Shown: piece by piece, positions 43,162 through 54,427 of the stretch
Numbering within the stretch: the stretch's first letter is position 1
Layout of the letters: each line of letters starts with the position of its first letter
NCBI GenBank assembly: GCA_038231275.1
Contig: JBBRLQ010000019.1
Span: 1-64,000 of the forward strand
Origin: Polyangiales bacterium
Lineage (GTDB): Bacteria; Myxococcota_A; Polyangia; Polyangiales; Polyangiaceae
Direction: 5' to 3'
Length of the DNA stretch: 64,000 nt
Notes under the pieces: generated by a model
Database searches by the model: none
What the model was told of the DNA's origin: nothing
Seen by the model: only the letters and a program-made list of their open reading frames with translations
Position numbers and translations under genes: made by a program

Positions 43162-43992
43162 TCAGAGTTTCTCCCAGCGCGCGCCGGGAGCTTCGCCGCA
43201 GCGGACGCGGAGGATGGTCGACCGATCGATGCCTCCGAAGACGCCGAACGGTGAGCCTTCGCTCGCCGCGCACATCGCATCGACCACCTTGGCGAGCGAC
43301 TCGGGCGGCGCGTCTCGCGTGATCGGATCGCGCCATCCGGCCAGCGTGATCACGGGATACGAGCCGCGTCCGTACAGCTGCGTCCGTACCGGCGTGAGCT
43401 TCGCGATCACGAGCGCGTCGCGGAGCTTCGTCGGTGGCGCATCGGCTTCGATCGCGGACGGCGCCGCGGGAGGGCCGCTCGGATCGCTCCCATCCGGCCA
43501 CTTCGCGAGCGGGCCGCCCTTGGCCAGCTCCAGACGATCGCGATCGACATCGACGAGGAACGTGTCGCGCGGCCCGCCTCCGCCCGGTGCCGTGCATCCC
43601 GCCGTCGGCGGCTCGCGATCGCGGACCTCGACGATCGCCTTGCCGTCTCGGCTCCCCGCCGCTTTCGTCGAGACGCATCGGGTCGCGTCGCCGTACCGTC
43701 GCGTCGCGCGCACGTACCGAGCGACGTAGTCACGCGCGGGCTCGGCGCGGTCCAGGTCCCACGCGGGTTGGCTCGACGGCGCCGCAGGGATGTCCGCCGG
43801 GTTGTCCTCCGGTCGCGGACGCGTCGGCACGAGGCGTCCCTCTTCGTCACGGACGAGGTGGGATCGATTCATCGCCGACGGCGGGGCCTTCGCGGTCGAG
43901 CTGCTGCTCGGCGCGGGTGCCGCGACGTCCTCCCGCTTGCCCTTGCACCCCGCCGCGACCAAGCAGATCGCGAGGATGACCGCGTTGCGCAT
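43162..43992 (-). CDS. Hypothetical lipoprotein
   Basis: RBS AGGAG; lipobox AAGC. Confidence 0.7.
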   Translation of the reverse strand: MRNAVILAICLVAAGCKGKREDVAAPAPSSSSTAKAPPSAMNRSHLVRDEEGRLVPTRPRPEDNPADIPAAPSSQPAWDLDRAEPARDYVARYVRATRRYGDATRCVSTKAAGSRDGKAIVEVRDREPPTAGCTAPGGGGPRDTFLVDVDRDRLELAKGGPLAKWPDGSDPSGPPAAPSAIEADAPPTKLRDALVIAKLTPVRTQLYGRGSYPVITLAGWRDPITRDAPPESLAKVVDAMCAASEGSPFGVFGGIDRSTILRVRCGEAPGARWEKL

Positions 43993-44216
43993 GCGCTCCT
44001 ACATGACCCAGCGTCGCGACGGAGTAAAGCGCTCCACCCGCGCGTTGGCCCCCAAGAAAAGTCACGAAACGTGCCAGGCGGCGCCGATCGCCGCGAGGAT
44101 CTAGCGTTATGGAGAGCGTCCGCGCTCATGTTTTTCTGGTCGTAGATCGACCCGCCGCCGCGGGCGTACCAAGAGAACGTCGCGACTCGCCCATCGTCGG
44201 CTACCTTTAGGAGCAA

Positions 44217-45995
44217 ATGCGCATGCGAACCGTCCTGTCCCCGCTCGTCGCCGCCGGCCTCGCCGCCGCCACAATCGCCTTGGCCGCGTTTCCCGCGGGC
44301 GCGTGGCAAGCGCAGACCGACGACGCGGCGCCTCCCCCCGTTGCTCCTGCCGACGTCGCGTTCGACGACACGCTGCCGACGGAGATCGAAGGCGAGATCG
44401 CGATCGACCTCCGTGATGACGCGTCGGACGCGGACATCGAAGCCTTCGCGACGCGCAACGGCCTCACGGTCCGACCCAACAGCTCGTGGAGCACGCACGA
44501 CAAGTTCGAGATCGCCGATGTCGACCCCGCCGCCGAGCGCTCCATCCTCGAGAAGCTCTCGCACGATCCGCTCGTCGAGCACGCGGAGCCGATGGCGCTC
44601 TACCGCGCGTTCTTCGTCCCGAACGATCCGCTCTTCGCGAGCAAGCAGTGGCACCTCACCAACGTCCACGCCGAGCAGGGGTGGAACTACACGTGCGGGC
44701 GCGGCGTCACCGTCGCGGTCATCGACACCGGCGTCGCGTGCTTCACGAAGGGCCCGTTCTCGAAGGGCACCGATCTCGAGGGCACGCGCTGCGAGGGCGG
44801 CTACGACTTCGTCAACAACGACGCCGAGGCTGCCGACGATCACGGCCACGGCACCCACGTCGCCGGCACGATCGCGCAGACGACGAACAACGGCATGGGC
44901 ACCGCCGGCCTCGCGTTCTGCGCGACGCTCATGCCGGTGAAGGTCCTGAGCAAGCAAGGCTACGGCACCGTCACCAACGTGGCCGAGGGCATCCGCTTCG
45001 CCGCCGACAACGGCGCGCAGATCATCAACATGAGCCTCGGCGGCCCGAGCCGCAGCAAGATCATCGAGGACGCGGTCAAGCACGCCATCGCGAAGGGCGT
45101 GCTCGTCGTCGCCGCGGCCGGCAACTCGGGGCGCAGCGTAGGCTTCCCCGCCGCGTACGACGGCGTGCTCGCCGTCAGCGCCACCGACTCCAACGACAAG
45201 ATCGCGTGGTTCTCGTCGCGCGGGCCTGAGGTCGGCATCGGCGCGCCAGGCGTCAACGTCACCCAGCAGACGATCTGCGAGGGCGGCAAGAACAAGTGCG
45301 AGATCTTCGGCACGTTCAACGGCACCAGCATGGCCGCGCCGCACGTCGCTGGCGTCGCCGCGATGGTGCTCAGCATGGGCGTCACCGATCCCGGCGCCAT
45401 CCGCAGCACGCTCGAGGCGACCGCGCGGCCCAAGGAAGAGAAGAACTTGTATGGTGCAGGTATCTTGGACGCCGGCCCTGCGATCGCGCGGGCGCACTGG
45501 CTCCACGTCGGCCTGCGCCTCGCCGCGCTGGTGGCGCTGTTTGGACTCATCGCCGCGCGCATCAAGAAGAACCGTGGCCAGCTCGCCGCGACGCCGCTCG
45601 CCATCGCCGGTGCGCTCGCCGGCGCGGTGGGTCTCGTCCCGTTCGCGCCGCTCCTCCACCTCGGATCGTTCGGCTTCGCACGCCCGGTCGTCGAGCTCCT
45701 CATGCGTCCGGTAGGCGAGTGGGATCTCCTCTTCGGCGCGGGCCTACACCGATGGTTGCCCCTCGCGAGCGCGCTGCCTGCGATGGCCGGCGTAGCGCTC
45801 CTCTTCGGAAGCAAGCGCCTCCGCTCGGGCGTCGGCGGCTTCGCGATCGGGTCGGCCGCCCTCATGGTGCAAATCGCGTTCTCCGCCGACGTCGCGTTCG
45901 GCCTCGGCTCCTTCGCGCTCCGCCTTTGGATGGTCGCGAACATTGCGGTCTGCCTCTGGCTCGGCCAGATGTGCCTGGACAGGAAGACCATCTGA
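44217..45995 (+). CDS. S8 subtilisin-like protease with C-terminal multi-TM domain
   Basis: VIDTG, HGHGTHVAG, AAGN, GTSMAAP; 4-5 hydrophobic segments at the C-terminus. Confidence 0.93.
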   Translation: MRMRTVLSPLVAAGLAAATIALAAFPAGAWQAQTDDAAPPPVAPADVAFDDTLPTEIEGEIAIDLRDDASDADIEAFATRNGLTVRPNSSWSTHDKFEIADVDPAAERSILEKLSHDPLVEHAEPMALYRAFFVPNDPLFASKQWHLTNVHAEQGWNYTCGRGVTVAVIDTGVACFTKGPFSKGTDLEGTRCEGGYDFVNNDAEAADDHGHGTHVAGTIAQTTNNGMGTAGLAFCATLMPVKVLSKQGYGTVTNVAEGIRFAADNGAQIINMSLGGPSRSKIIEDAVKHAIAKGVLVVAAAGNSGRSVGFPAAYDGVLAVSATDSNDKIAWFSSRGPEVGIGAPGVNVTQQTICEGGKNKCEIFGTFNGTSMAAPHVAGVAAMVLSMGVTDPGAIRSTLEATARPKEEKNLYGAGILDAGPAIARAHWLHVGLRLAALVALFGLIAARIKKNRGQLAATPLAIAGALAGAVGLVPFAPLLHLGSFGFARPVVELLMRPVGEWDLLFGAGLHRWLPLASALPAMAGVALLFGSKRLRSGVGGFAIGSAALMVQIAFSADVAFGLGSFALRLWMVANIAVCLWLGQMCLDRKTI

Positions 45996-46038
45996 TCCTG
46001 CGGCGCCGCACGTCGGAGCTCAGATTGTGCAATGCCCT

Positions 46039-46057
46039 GTTGCGCGAATTGCGCAAC
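46039..46057. promoter_or_regulatory. Palindromic operator-like site upstream of the kinase-yeaH unit
   Basis: GTTGCGC-gaatt-GCGCAAC in an AT-enriched intergenic stretch. Confidence 0.4.
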
Positions 46058-46117
46058 GGCTACGATGCATCGTGTACCTAGGCTGAGCATGGCAGTTGCT
46101 TGGGGGGTGACGAGCCG

Positions 46118-47353
46118 ATGAACGCCGCACGCGAAGCCGAGTTGCCCGACGTGGAAGTGGGCGCACTCCTCAAGGACAAGTGGCGGATCGACGCGCTGCT
46201 CGGGCGCGGCGGAATGGCGACGGTGTATGCAGCCACCCACCGCAACGGCATGCGCGTGGCCATCAAGATCCTGCACCGCGCGATGACGATGAACCGCGAG
46301 GTCCGTGAGCGGTTCCTGCGCGAGGGCTACGTCGCGAACGCCGTCGGACACTCCGGCGCGGTCAAGGTCCTCGACGACGACGTCACGCCCGCGGGCGACG
46401 CGTTCCTCGTCATGGAGCTGCTCGAGGGGGAGTCTCTCGACGCGCGGCAAGCGCGCCTCGGCGGTGTCCTCCCGTCCGAAGAGATCTTCGCGGTGGGCGA
46501 GCAGCTCTTGGGCACGCTCGCCGCGGCGCACCAGAAGGGGATCGTCCACCGCGACATCAAGCCGGAGAACCTCTTTCTCACCAAGCAGGGGACGCTGAAG
46601 ATCCTCGATTTCGGGATCGCGCAGATGCGCATCCCGGGGGGCCTGCGGACCAAGAAGGGTCTGCTCCTCGGCACGCCCGACTTCATGGCGCCCGAGCAGA
46701 CGACCGGCTCCGACGGGATCGACGCCCGCACGGATTTGTGGTCGGTCGGGGCCACGTTGTTCATGCTCGCGGCCGGAGAGCCGGTTCACGTGTCCACGTC
46801 GGTGCCGGACTACATCGCGCGCGTGAACACGCAGCCGGCGCGCGCGCTCTCGGACGTCGCGGCGAACGCACCGGCGCAGCTCACGTCGGTCCTCGCCCGC
46901 GCGCTCCGGATCGACAAAGCCGAGCGCTGGCAGAGCGCGACCGCGATGCAGAAGGCACTGCGCGCGGCGCACGTCGCGCAGGCCGAGGCCGCCGGCGATC
47001 CGCTGAAGCCCGCGATCCACGTGATGAGAGAGGACGAAGGCCTCGAGACCGATCCGACCGAGTTCGCGCCGCTGGGAAGGGTGATGGCTCCGCGCCCGCA
47101 GCCCTCGCCGCCGCTGGCGCACGTCATGTCGACGGTGCGCATGGTCGCGGCCCCTCCGCAGGCCTCCGCGCCGATCGCCGCACCCATCGCCGTGCCGCTC
47201 GCGCCCGCGCCTTCGAACGTCACGATCGTGTCGCCGCCGCCCCCCGCGTTTCACGCGCGCCGGCGCTGGATTTTCGCCGCGATCGTGCTCGCGCTGCTCG
47301 TCGCCGGAGCCCTTTGGTTCCTCGCCGGGCACGCGCCGCAAATGGTACGGTAA
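46118..47353 (+). CDS. Ser/Thr protein kinase with C-terminal TM
   Basis: [30 protein letters not shown]. Confidence 0.93.
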   Translation: MNAAREAELPDVEVGALLKDKWRIDALLGRGGMATVYAATHRNGMRVAIKILHRAMTMNREVRERFLREGYVANAVGHSGAVKVLDDDVTPAGDAFLVMELLEGESLDARQARLGGVLPSEEIFAVGEQLLGTLAAAHQKGIVHRDIKPENLFLTKQGTLKILDFGIAQMRIPGGLRTKKGLLLGTPDFMAPEQTTGSDGIDARTDLWSVGATLFMLAAGEPVHVSTSVPDYIARVNTQPARALSDVAANAPAQLTSVLARALRIDKAERWQSATAMQKALRAAHVAQAEAAGDPLKPAIHVMREDEGLETDPTEFAPLGRVMAPRPQPSPPLAHVMSTVRMVAAPPQASAPIAAPIAVPLAPAPSNVTIVSPPPPAFHARRRWIFAAIVLALLVAGALWFLAGHAPQMVR

Positions 47354-47360
47354 AGGGGAG

Positions 47361-48476
47361 ATGTCCCTCAAGATCGACCAGGATCACTCCCGCTTTCGCG
47401 CGATTGTCCGCGGCAAGATCCGACAGAACTTGCGCAAGTACATTTCACAAGGCGAGATGATCGGCCGCAAGGGCAAAGACCTCGTCTCGATCCCGATTCC
47501 GCAGATCGACATTCCGCGCTTCCGATACGGCGACAAGCAGCAGGGCGGCGCCGGGCAGGGTCAAGGCGATCCGGGTGATCCGGTCTCCGGTCAGCAGGGC
47601 GACGAGCAAGGCGAGGGCGGCAAGCAGGCCGGCGAGGGCGCGGGCGAGCACGTCCTCGAGGTCGACGTCACGATGGACGAGCTCGCCGCGATCCTTGGCG
47701 AAGAGCTCGAGCTCCCCGACATCCGCGACAAGGGCAAGAGCAAGATCATCAACGCGAAGGATCGCTACACCGGCGTCCGCCGCGTCGGCCCCGAGTCGCT
47801 CCGCCACTTCCGCCGCACGTACCGCGAGGCGCTGAAGCGCCAGATCTCGATGGGCACCTACGCCCCCGACAAGCCCATGATCGTCCCCATCCCCGACGAC
47901 AAGCGCTACCGGTCGTGGAAGACGGAGGCCGAGCCGGTCGCCAACGCCGTCATCATCTACATGATGGACGTGTCGGGCTCGATGGGCGACGAGCAGAAAG
48001 AGATCGTCCGCATCGAGAGCTTCTGGATCGATGCGTGGCTGCAGAAGCAATACAAGGGGCTCGAGAGCCGCTTCATCATCCACGACGCCGTCGCGCGCGA
48101 GGTCGATCGCGAGACGTTCTTCCACACGCGCGAATCGGGCGGCACGATGATCTCGAGCGCCTACAAGCTCTGCTCGCAGCTCATCGACGATCACTACCCG
48201 CCCGAGGAGTGGAACATCTACCCGTTCCACTTCTCCGACGGCGACAACTGGTCGATGGACGACACGCTCTCCTGCGTCGAAATCCTGAAGCAGAAGATCC
48301 TCCCGCGCGCGAACGTGTTCGCCTACGGCCAGGTCGAGAGTCCGTACGGTTCGGGCCAGTTCATCAAGGATCTGCGCGATCACTTCGGGAAAGACGACCG
48401 CGTCATCACGAGCGAGATCCGCGACAAAGACGCGATCGTCGGAAGCATCAAGGAGTTTCTCGGCAAGGGGAAGTGA
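47361..48476 (+). CDS. yeaH: DUF444 / YeaH-YhbH family protein
   Basis: [32 protein letters not shown]. Confidence 0.9.
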   Translation: MSLKIDQDHSRFRAIVRGKIRQNLRKYISQGEMIGRKGKDLVSIPIPQIDIPRFRYGDKQQGGAGQGQGDPGDPVSGQQGDEQGEGGKQAGEGAGEHVLEVDVTMDELAAILGEELELPDIRDKGKSKIINAKDRYTGVRRVGPESLRHFRRTYREALKRQISMGTYAPDKPMIVPIPDDKRYRSWKTEAEPVANAVIIYMMDVSGSMGDEQKEIVRIESFWIDAWLQKQYKGLESRFIIHDAVAREVDRETFFHTRESGGTMISSAYKLCSQLIDDHYPPEEWNIYPFHFSDGDNWSMDDTLSCVEILKQKILPRANVFAYGQVESPYGSGQFIKDLRDHFGKDDRVITSEIRDKDAIVGSIKEFLGKGK

Positions 48477-48573
48477 CCGTTCGGCGAAGGCCGAGGGGTC
48501 CCTCTCTCCCTCCTGTAATTTCTTCCGGGAACTTTATTCAAAACTTCTAGACGGCTCGCGCGTCTGAGGACCC

Positions 48574-49794
48574 ATGAACGGTCGGCACCTCTCCTGGGTG
48601 CTGGCGGCTACCCTCGTCGTCACGGCGTGGGCGTCGCCAGCGTGTGTCAGGTCGCATGGCGGAACGAACGGCGGTCGCGCGTCCCCGGCAACGGACACAC
48701 AAACTGCAACGGCCACGTCACCCGACGTGCAAGCCGCTGCCGGCGCAGCGCCAGGCGCAGCACCTCAACCTGGCGGCAACGCCAACGCGGCAGGCGTTGC
48801 AGCGGCCGCGGGCGGTGCGATGAAGGACCAGACGGTCGGCGATCCCAAGGCCTACGACAACCTCACGATCCTGCCGATCTTCGCGAAGACGCAGATCGAC
48901 ATGGGACCGATGACGACGCTCGACCAGGCCATGGCGAAGGGCAAAGCCGAGGTCCGCGAGATGGGCGCCGACGGCCGCGGCGGCGGCGCGCAGGTCAATA
49001 CGCTCGTCATCGAGAACAAGGGCGACGTCGCGATTTACGTGCTCGCCGGCACCATCGTGAAGGGCGGAAACCAAGATCGCCAGATCGGCCAGGACTTCAT
49101 CATCGAGCCGAAGCAGACGACGCCGGTGGACGCGTTCTGCGTCGAGCACGGCCGCTGGACAGGTGCTCGTGACGGGCAGGCCACGGGAGGGAAATTCGGC
49201 TCCGCGCAGCAGCTCGTCACGAGCAGCGTCCGCGCGGCGGCGCAGTACCAGAAGAACCAGGGCGAGGTTTGGGCCAAGGTCGAGAAGGTGAACGAGGCGC
49301 ACCACAAGAGCGCGCAGTCGGGCACGCTCATGGCGACGCTCGACGCCCCCGACGTCCAGCAAAAGCGCGCCGCGTTGGTCGAGAAGGTGAACGGCTTCCT
49401 CGTGACGACGACGCCCAACGACAAGCTCGTCGGCTTCGCGTTCGCGGTCGACGGAAAGGTCAAAGGGGCGCGCTGGTTCGCGAGCCACAAGATCTTCGAG
49501 CTCTTTCGCACGCAGCTCGTGAACGGCGTCGCGGTCGACGCGCTCACGGCACAAGTCGAGCGCAACGGCGCGCCTCCGCCGGCGGCTGCGGCGATTCAGC
49601 CGGCCGCCATCGTGCAGTTCGTGGACGACGTCGAGAAGACGCAGGTCACCGAGAAGCGCGACACCGCGGGCTCCAACTCGAACGAGTACAAGGACTCGGA
49701 CAAGGCGTACGGATCGAAGGCGTACCGAAAGCCGAGCCTGAGCGCGCCGACGGCCCCGAAGGTTCCCGTCAGCCAGGACTACCTGGTGCACTGA
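48574..49794 (+). CDS. Exported (probable lipoprotein) ARPP-1/DUF6569-like protein
   Basis: Lipobox SPAC; EN..G.IVKGGNQDR and FCVEHGRW motifs, QGEVW. Confidence 0.7.
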   Translation: MNGRHLSWVLAATLVVTAWASPACVRSHGGTNGGRASPATDTQTATATSPDVQAAAGAAPGAAPQPGGNANAAGVAAAAGGAMKDQTVGDPKAYDNLTILPIFAKTQIDMGPMTTLDQAMAKGKAEVREMGADGRGGGAQVNTLVIENKGDVAIYVLAGTIVKGGNQDRQIGQDFIIEPKQTTPVDAFCVEHGRWTGARDGQATGGKFGSAQQLVTSSVRAAAQYQKNQGEVWAKVEKVNEAHHKSAQSGTLMATLDAPDVQQKRAALVEKVNGFLVTTTPNDKLVGFAFAVDGKVKGARWFASHKIFELFRTQLVNGVAVDALTAQVERNGAPPPAAAAIQPAAIVQFVDDVEKTQVTEKRDTAGSNSNEYKDSDKAYGSKAYRKPSLSAPTAPKVPVSQDYLVH

Positions 49795-49933
49795 CCGATC
49801 GGCGAGAACCCAAGACCGAACACGCGCCGCGGTGCTGGCACAGTCCGGCGCAGCGATCCCATTCACTCGCGGGAGAACGTAACGCAAAGACGGAGTGTTA
49901 CTGCTGCGCACGACTCTTGCTGAGGCCCTTCCC

Positions 49934-50320
49934 ATGTGGAGGCCGACGCGCGCCGGGATCGGATGGAGTCTTTTCGCCGCGATCGACGCCGTTGCGCTCG
50001 CCGTCGCACTCCTCGCGCCGGCGTCGCCCTCGCAGCCAGATCTCTCCGAGGCGGACGCCCGCATCATGTACGCGTCGATCGCGCGCGAAGAACCGGCGCT
50101 CCGCGCTGCGGCGGCGCGCTCGTTCCCCGGCGATCTCTGGTCGCAGGACGACGACTTCCACGGTAACGAGCAGAAGAAGATCCGCGCCCTCGCCGGCGAG
50201 CGACAGGCCCGCATCGGTGACGCGCTCCGCGCCGTCGACGACGGCATGCGTGAAGGCTGGAGTCCGCGCGGAGCGCTGAGCCCCAAGGTCCCTCCGTGTC
50301 GACCACGTCTCGATTATTGA
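49934..50320 (+). CDS. Small membrane-anchored hypothetical protein
   Basis: Hydrophobic N-terminus; FPGDLWSQDDDFH; overlaps the next gene. Confidence 0.6.
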   Translation: MWRPTRAGIGWSLFAAIDAVALAVALLAPASPSQPDLSEADARIMYASIAREEPALRAAAARSFPGDLWSQDDDFHGNEQKKIRALAGERQARIGDALRAVDDGMREGWSPRGALSPKVPPCRPRLDY

Positions 50321-52599
50321 GATCCATCGGGACGGCCGCCTCGCAGGCACCCGTGCGCCTCGCCGCGTTCGCGCTCCTCGCCCTGATCGCCAAATGGCCG
50401 CTCCTCGCGAGCGCGGCGATGATGAATGACTTCCGCGACGCGCAGTACTTCACTCTGTTCGAAGAGGCTGCGCGCACGACGGTCGTCCGCTTCCACGAGC
50501 TACCGCTCTGGAATCCCTATTACTGCGGCGGCATCCCCGCCCTCGGCATTCCCTCCGCCCGCTTCGCGTCACCGCCGTTTCTGCTCACGCTCCTCTTCGG
50601 CACACTGCGAGCAAACGCGCTCATCGCGTTCGCGATGTCGGTGCTCGGCTTGGAGGGCACCTTCCGTTACGCGCGCGCCCGGGGTTCGACCGCCCTCGGC
50701 GCGTTCGCGGCAGCGCCCGTCTTCGCCATGGCCGGGTTCTTTGCCCGCGCCTCGGCGCTCGATTGGATCAACTTCTACGGCTTCGAGCTCGTTCCGTGGG
50801 CGGCCCTCGGAATTCACAGCGCCCTGCGCGGGAGCCGGCGCGGCGCGGTCGTGGCCGCGTTCGCGCTCGCGTGGATGATCGGCCAAGGGGGCACGTACGC
50901 CGGTCCGTTCATGCTGCTCGTAGGACTCTTCGAGCTCGTCGAAGCGGTCGGGCGCGCGTTCGTGCGACGCAAACGGCGGCCCATGGGGCAGGCGCTCGTC
51001 GCGATCATGGGGATGGCCGCGATGCTGGGTCTCTTGGCGTTGGCGCTGAGCGCGTTCCGGCTATGGCCGGTCATCGAGAACCTCGCGACCTCGCCGCGCA
51101 TCCTCGGTGGAGCTCCCGGCAACGGGGGCCGCGCGGTCTGGCATAGCGTCTTCGGCGACGCGTCGTTGGCGCGCGGCGAAATGCTGATTGGGGTCCTCGT
51201 GCTTCCCGCGGTGCTGGCGTCGTTCTGGCGCAAGCGGACGCTCCCGATCGTCGTCGTCGCAGCAGTTTGGATTTGGCTGGCGCTCGGGTACAGCGTGAGG
51301 CCGTCGCTCTTCGCCGAGCTCCGGCGCATCCCTCCGTACACGATGCTCCGATATCCGGAGCGCTTTCTGGCTCTCTTCGGTTTGGTGGCCGCAGTGGCCG
51401 CGGCGCTCGGGGTGACCGAGCTCAGCGCGCGCGCGCGCAAGCGAAAGGGGTGGCGCATTCCCCTTGTGATCGTGACCGCCCTCCTGCTCGGCAACGTCGT
51501 CCTCCCGACGGCGAACGACCACGCCGAGGCCAAGGGACGCGCGCTCGTTGCTCCGCCGGTCGACCAGCCACAGGACTTTCATCAGGCGCGCGGAAATCGC
51601 TGGCTCGCCGCCTACTACCCAGGCATCGGGCGCGGGTCGCTCTCCTGCTTCGACGACTACAACGTCGCTCAATCCGCGGCGCTGCGCGGGGACCTCGCAG
51701 AGGAGGAGACGCTCGCCGATCCGACGGCGGGCACGATTGCCCGCGAGAGCTGGACCCCCAACGCGCTCGATCTGCACGTCGCGGTCACGCGGCCGGCGCG
51801 GGTCATCGTCAACCAGAACTTCCACCCCGGATGGCGCGCGAGCGTCGGGGAGGTCGTTAGCGACGCGGGCCGCATCGCCGTGGACCTTCCGGCCGGAACC
51901 CACGCGCTGCACCTGCACTTCGCGCCGCGGTCCGCGACCGGAGGTGCCGCGGTGTCGCTCCTCGGGCTCCTGGTGGCCATCGCGATCTGGCGGCGCGCCG
52001 GGGCCACCGCCACGCCCATCGCCGGCCGGCGGGCGTGGGCGAAGCAGCTGGCGCTCACCGCCGCGCCGCTTTTTGCCGTGCCCCTCTCGTTCGCGCTGGT
52101 GCGCGAACCTGAGCGTCCGACGCCGCCGCTCCTCACGCCACAAGGCGAGCCACTCGTCGTTGGTACGCCGCCGCCCACGTCAAGGCCGCTCCACGTCCAC
52201 TTCGAAGGCGGCGTTGAGCTCGAGGCCGCCGCGCTCCACTTCTCACGTGCGTTCGACGCTCAGGTGGTCACCCTCGAGCTCGACTGGAAGAGGCCCGCAG
52301 CCATCCCCGCCGGCCTCGGGATTTTTGTGCACATCGAGGCGCCCGGTTCCGACACGCTCGGCGCCGATCATGTGCTCATCGGAAACCAAGTGCCCCTCGA
52401 GGGAGCCCCGGCGGATCAGACGCTGCGCGACGTGACGGCACCGATCGGCCTGCCGACGACGACCGAGCCGCGGCACTGGACCGTGCGGGTGGGGCTGTGG
52501 AAGGCTCGCGCGGGGGGAGCGAGGCTTGGGGTCCGCGATCCGGGGCAGGCGACGATCACGGACAACGCGGTGGAGATCGAGAGCTTCGACACTCCGTGA
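50296..52599 (+). CDS. YfhO-like polytopic membrane protein (putative GT-C glycosyltransferase)
   Basis: PLWNPYYCGG, many TM segments, RYPERF, NFHPGW. Confidence 0.75.
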   Translation: MSTTSRLLRSIGTAASQAPVRLAAFALLALIAKWPLLASAAMMNDFRDAQYFTLFEEAARTTVVRFHELPLWNPYYCGGIPALGIPSARFASPPFLLTLLFGTLRANALIAFAMSVLGLEGTFRYARARGSTALGAFAAAPVFAMAGFFARASALDWINFYGFELVPWAALGIHSALRGSRRGAVVAAFALAWMIGQGGTYAGPFMLLVGLFELVEAVGRAFVRRKRRPMGQALVAIMGMAAMLGLLALALSAFRLWPVIENLATSPRILGGAPGNGGRAVWHSVFGDASLARGEMLIGVLVLPAVLASFWRKRTLPIVVVAAVWIWLALGYSVRPSLFAELRRIPPYTMLRYPERFLALFGLVAAVAAALGVTELSARARKRKGWRIPLVIVTALLLGNVVLPTANDHAEAKGRALVAPPVDQPQDFHQARGNRWLAAYYPGIGRGSLSCFDDYNVAQSAALRGDLAEEETLADPTAGTIARESWTPNALDLHVAVTRPARVIVNQNFHPGWRASVGEVVSDAGRIAVDLPAGTHALHLHFAPRSATGGAAVSLLGLLVAIAIWRRAGATATPIAGRRAWAKQLALTAAPLFAVPLSFALVREPERPTPPLLTPQGEPLVVGTPPPTSRPLHVHFEGGVELEAAALHFSRAFDAQVVTLELDWKRPAAIPAGLGIFVHIEAPGSDTLGADHVLIGNQVPLEGAPADQTLRDVTAPIGLPTTTEPRHWTVRVGLWKARAGGARLGVRDPGQATITDNAVEIESFDTP

Positions 52600-52626
52600 T
52601 TCGTCACGCGGAGGTCGAACGACTTC

Positions 52627-54300
52627 CTACTTGATCGGCGGCGGCGGCGGCGCGATGCCCTTGAGATCGAGGCCCCCCGGATACTGGTAGCTGGTCTGCC
52701 GCCCGTATCCGATCACCTGAAGGCCGAACGCTTTGTCGCCCGTCATCACGTGCGCCCCGTTTTGACCTTTGCCGAGCTTGACGCGCGCGACGCCGAGCCC
52801 GTTCACGCCGACAGGGGTGAACGAGGCGCCTGCGCCGGTGCCGTCGAGCGTCAACGCCGTCCCGGTCGGCGCGACGACGTCGACGTAGCTCACGTCGTAG
52901 TCGGGCGGCGCGAGGAAGATGTACTTCGTTCGATACTGCTCGACCGCGATCATCTGGCTTTGCGAAGGATCGCCTTCCGCGTTGGCGCCGGCGGTCGGAT
53001 CTACGACTTCCGCGCCCAGCATGAACGAGCCGACCGCGAACTCGTGGTCTCCGGTCACTTCGAAGTCCTTCTTGACCACGCCACAGTCGATGACCTGCCC
53101 GGCGTTCACGGTCGCTGGGCAAGGCGCGCCGCCGCCGTAGCTCAGCTTCGTTCCGTCCACGTTGCCGTAGATGCGGACGACGTGGGAGTTCGGCTTTCCG
53201 TTCGGGCTCGTCGGAACTGTCACCACGTAGTGCTTCCCCAGCGTCTCGGCGGGGAAGACCGACTCCTCGACGTGGTCGCACGCCTGCACGCCCTTGGGCA
53301 GGTAGATGCACGGAATGCCGGTGAGCACTTGGACAGGTTTGTCCGCGCTCACCTGCGAGCCGCTCAGATCGAACGTTTCCTCTGGCCCGCCGATGACCTC
53401 GGCCACGTCACCCGCATTGAGCGTGAAGGAGAGGACGCCGCCCGCCGCGACCGCCTGGATGCCGCTGCCCGCGACGACGTTGCCCGTGCTGGAGACCTTG
53501 ACCTTGACGCTCGTGCCATCCGCAGTCCCGGTCACGGTGAAATACGCGCCGATGTGGGCATCGTTGGGGTTATTGAAGTCGGGCGTCTGAGTCCACCCGT
53601 GAATTCCGGAGATTCGGTAGTTGCCAGTCATCGCCGTCGACGGCAAGAGGAGAGACGCGTCGTTCGTGTAGGAGAGGCACACGCCGTTTTGCGGGACGCA
53701 GGAGCTCCAATCTTTGCCGGGCGGGCCGCCCTTCGCTTGATACTCGAGCGCGTTGAACTGGTAGACGGTCACGGGCGCGCTACTGACCAGGTGAAAGGCG
53801 CTCTTCGTGGCGAGCACCGACGCGGCGAGACCGGCGGGCGGCCCCTTCAGCGCGGGAACCCACGGCAGATAGATCGTCGTGAGCTGCTGCGGCGGGACGG
53901 TCACCTTCTTGTTGGTGCCGTTGGGTCCTGTGACCGTGATGTCGGCGGGGTTCGCCCCGGCGTTCGCGACGACCGCCGCGAAGTCGTAGATGTCGTCGAC
54001 GAGGTTCGCGGTGACCGTCGGCCAATAGTCGCAGCCGATGTACGACTTGTACGCGGCGGCTTGCTCGCACGTGACCGGGTCGCCGGTCGGGCCGCCGGAG
54101 CTTCCGCTGCCGTCGCCGCCCAGGCTGCTGTCGCCGAAGATGCTCCCGCCGTCGTCCCCCGAGCTGCCGCTGCTGCCGCTGCTCCCCGAGCTCCCGTCGC
54201 CGAAGCCGTTGCCGTTCTTGCTGCTGCACGCGACGAAGAGGAGGAGAGCCCCCGCGGCCGACACTCCGAACGCCCCCGAACCCGAAATGCTGCGCTTCAT
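52627..54300 (-). CDS. IgGFc-binding-protein N-domain lipoprotein
   Basis: Lipobox [43 protein letters not shown]. Confidence 0.85.
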   Translation of the reverse strand: MKRSISGSGAFGVSAAGALLLFVACSSKNGNGFGDGSSGSSGSSGSSGDDGGSIFGDSSLGGDGSGSSGGPTGDPVTCEQAAAYKSYIGCDYWPTVTANLVDDIYDFAAVVANAGANPADITVTGPNGTNKKVTVPPQQLTTIYLPWVPALKGPPAGLAASVLATKSAFHLVSSAPVTVYQFNALEYQAKGGPPGKDWSSCVPQNGVCLSYTNDASLLLPSTAMTGNYRISGIHGWTQTPDFNNPNDAHIGAYFTVTGTADGTSVKVKVSSTGNVVAGSGIQAVAAGGVLSFTLNAGDVAEVIGGPEETFDLSGSQVSADKPVQVLTGIPCIYLPKGVQACDHVEESVFPAETLGKHYVVTVPTSPNGKPNSHVVRIYGNVDGTKLSYGGGAPCPATVNAGQVIDCGVVKKDFEVTGDHEFAVGSFMLGAEVVDPTAGANAEGDPSQSQMIAVEQYRTKYIFLAPPDYDVSYVDVVAPTGTALTLDGTGAGASFTPVGVNGLGVARVKLGKGQNGAHVMTGDKAFGLQVIGYGRQTSYQYPGGLDLKGIAPPPPPIK

Positions 54301-54427
54301 GGGCGCGGACCCTAGCACTACCTTTGCGGTTTGCAGCCCAGATCGAGCCTCCCCGTGCGTCGGGACGCCTAAGGGACGCGGGAAAAACGCTCCCCCGGGA
54401 ATGGCCGAAACCGGTACGATTCTCGTC

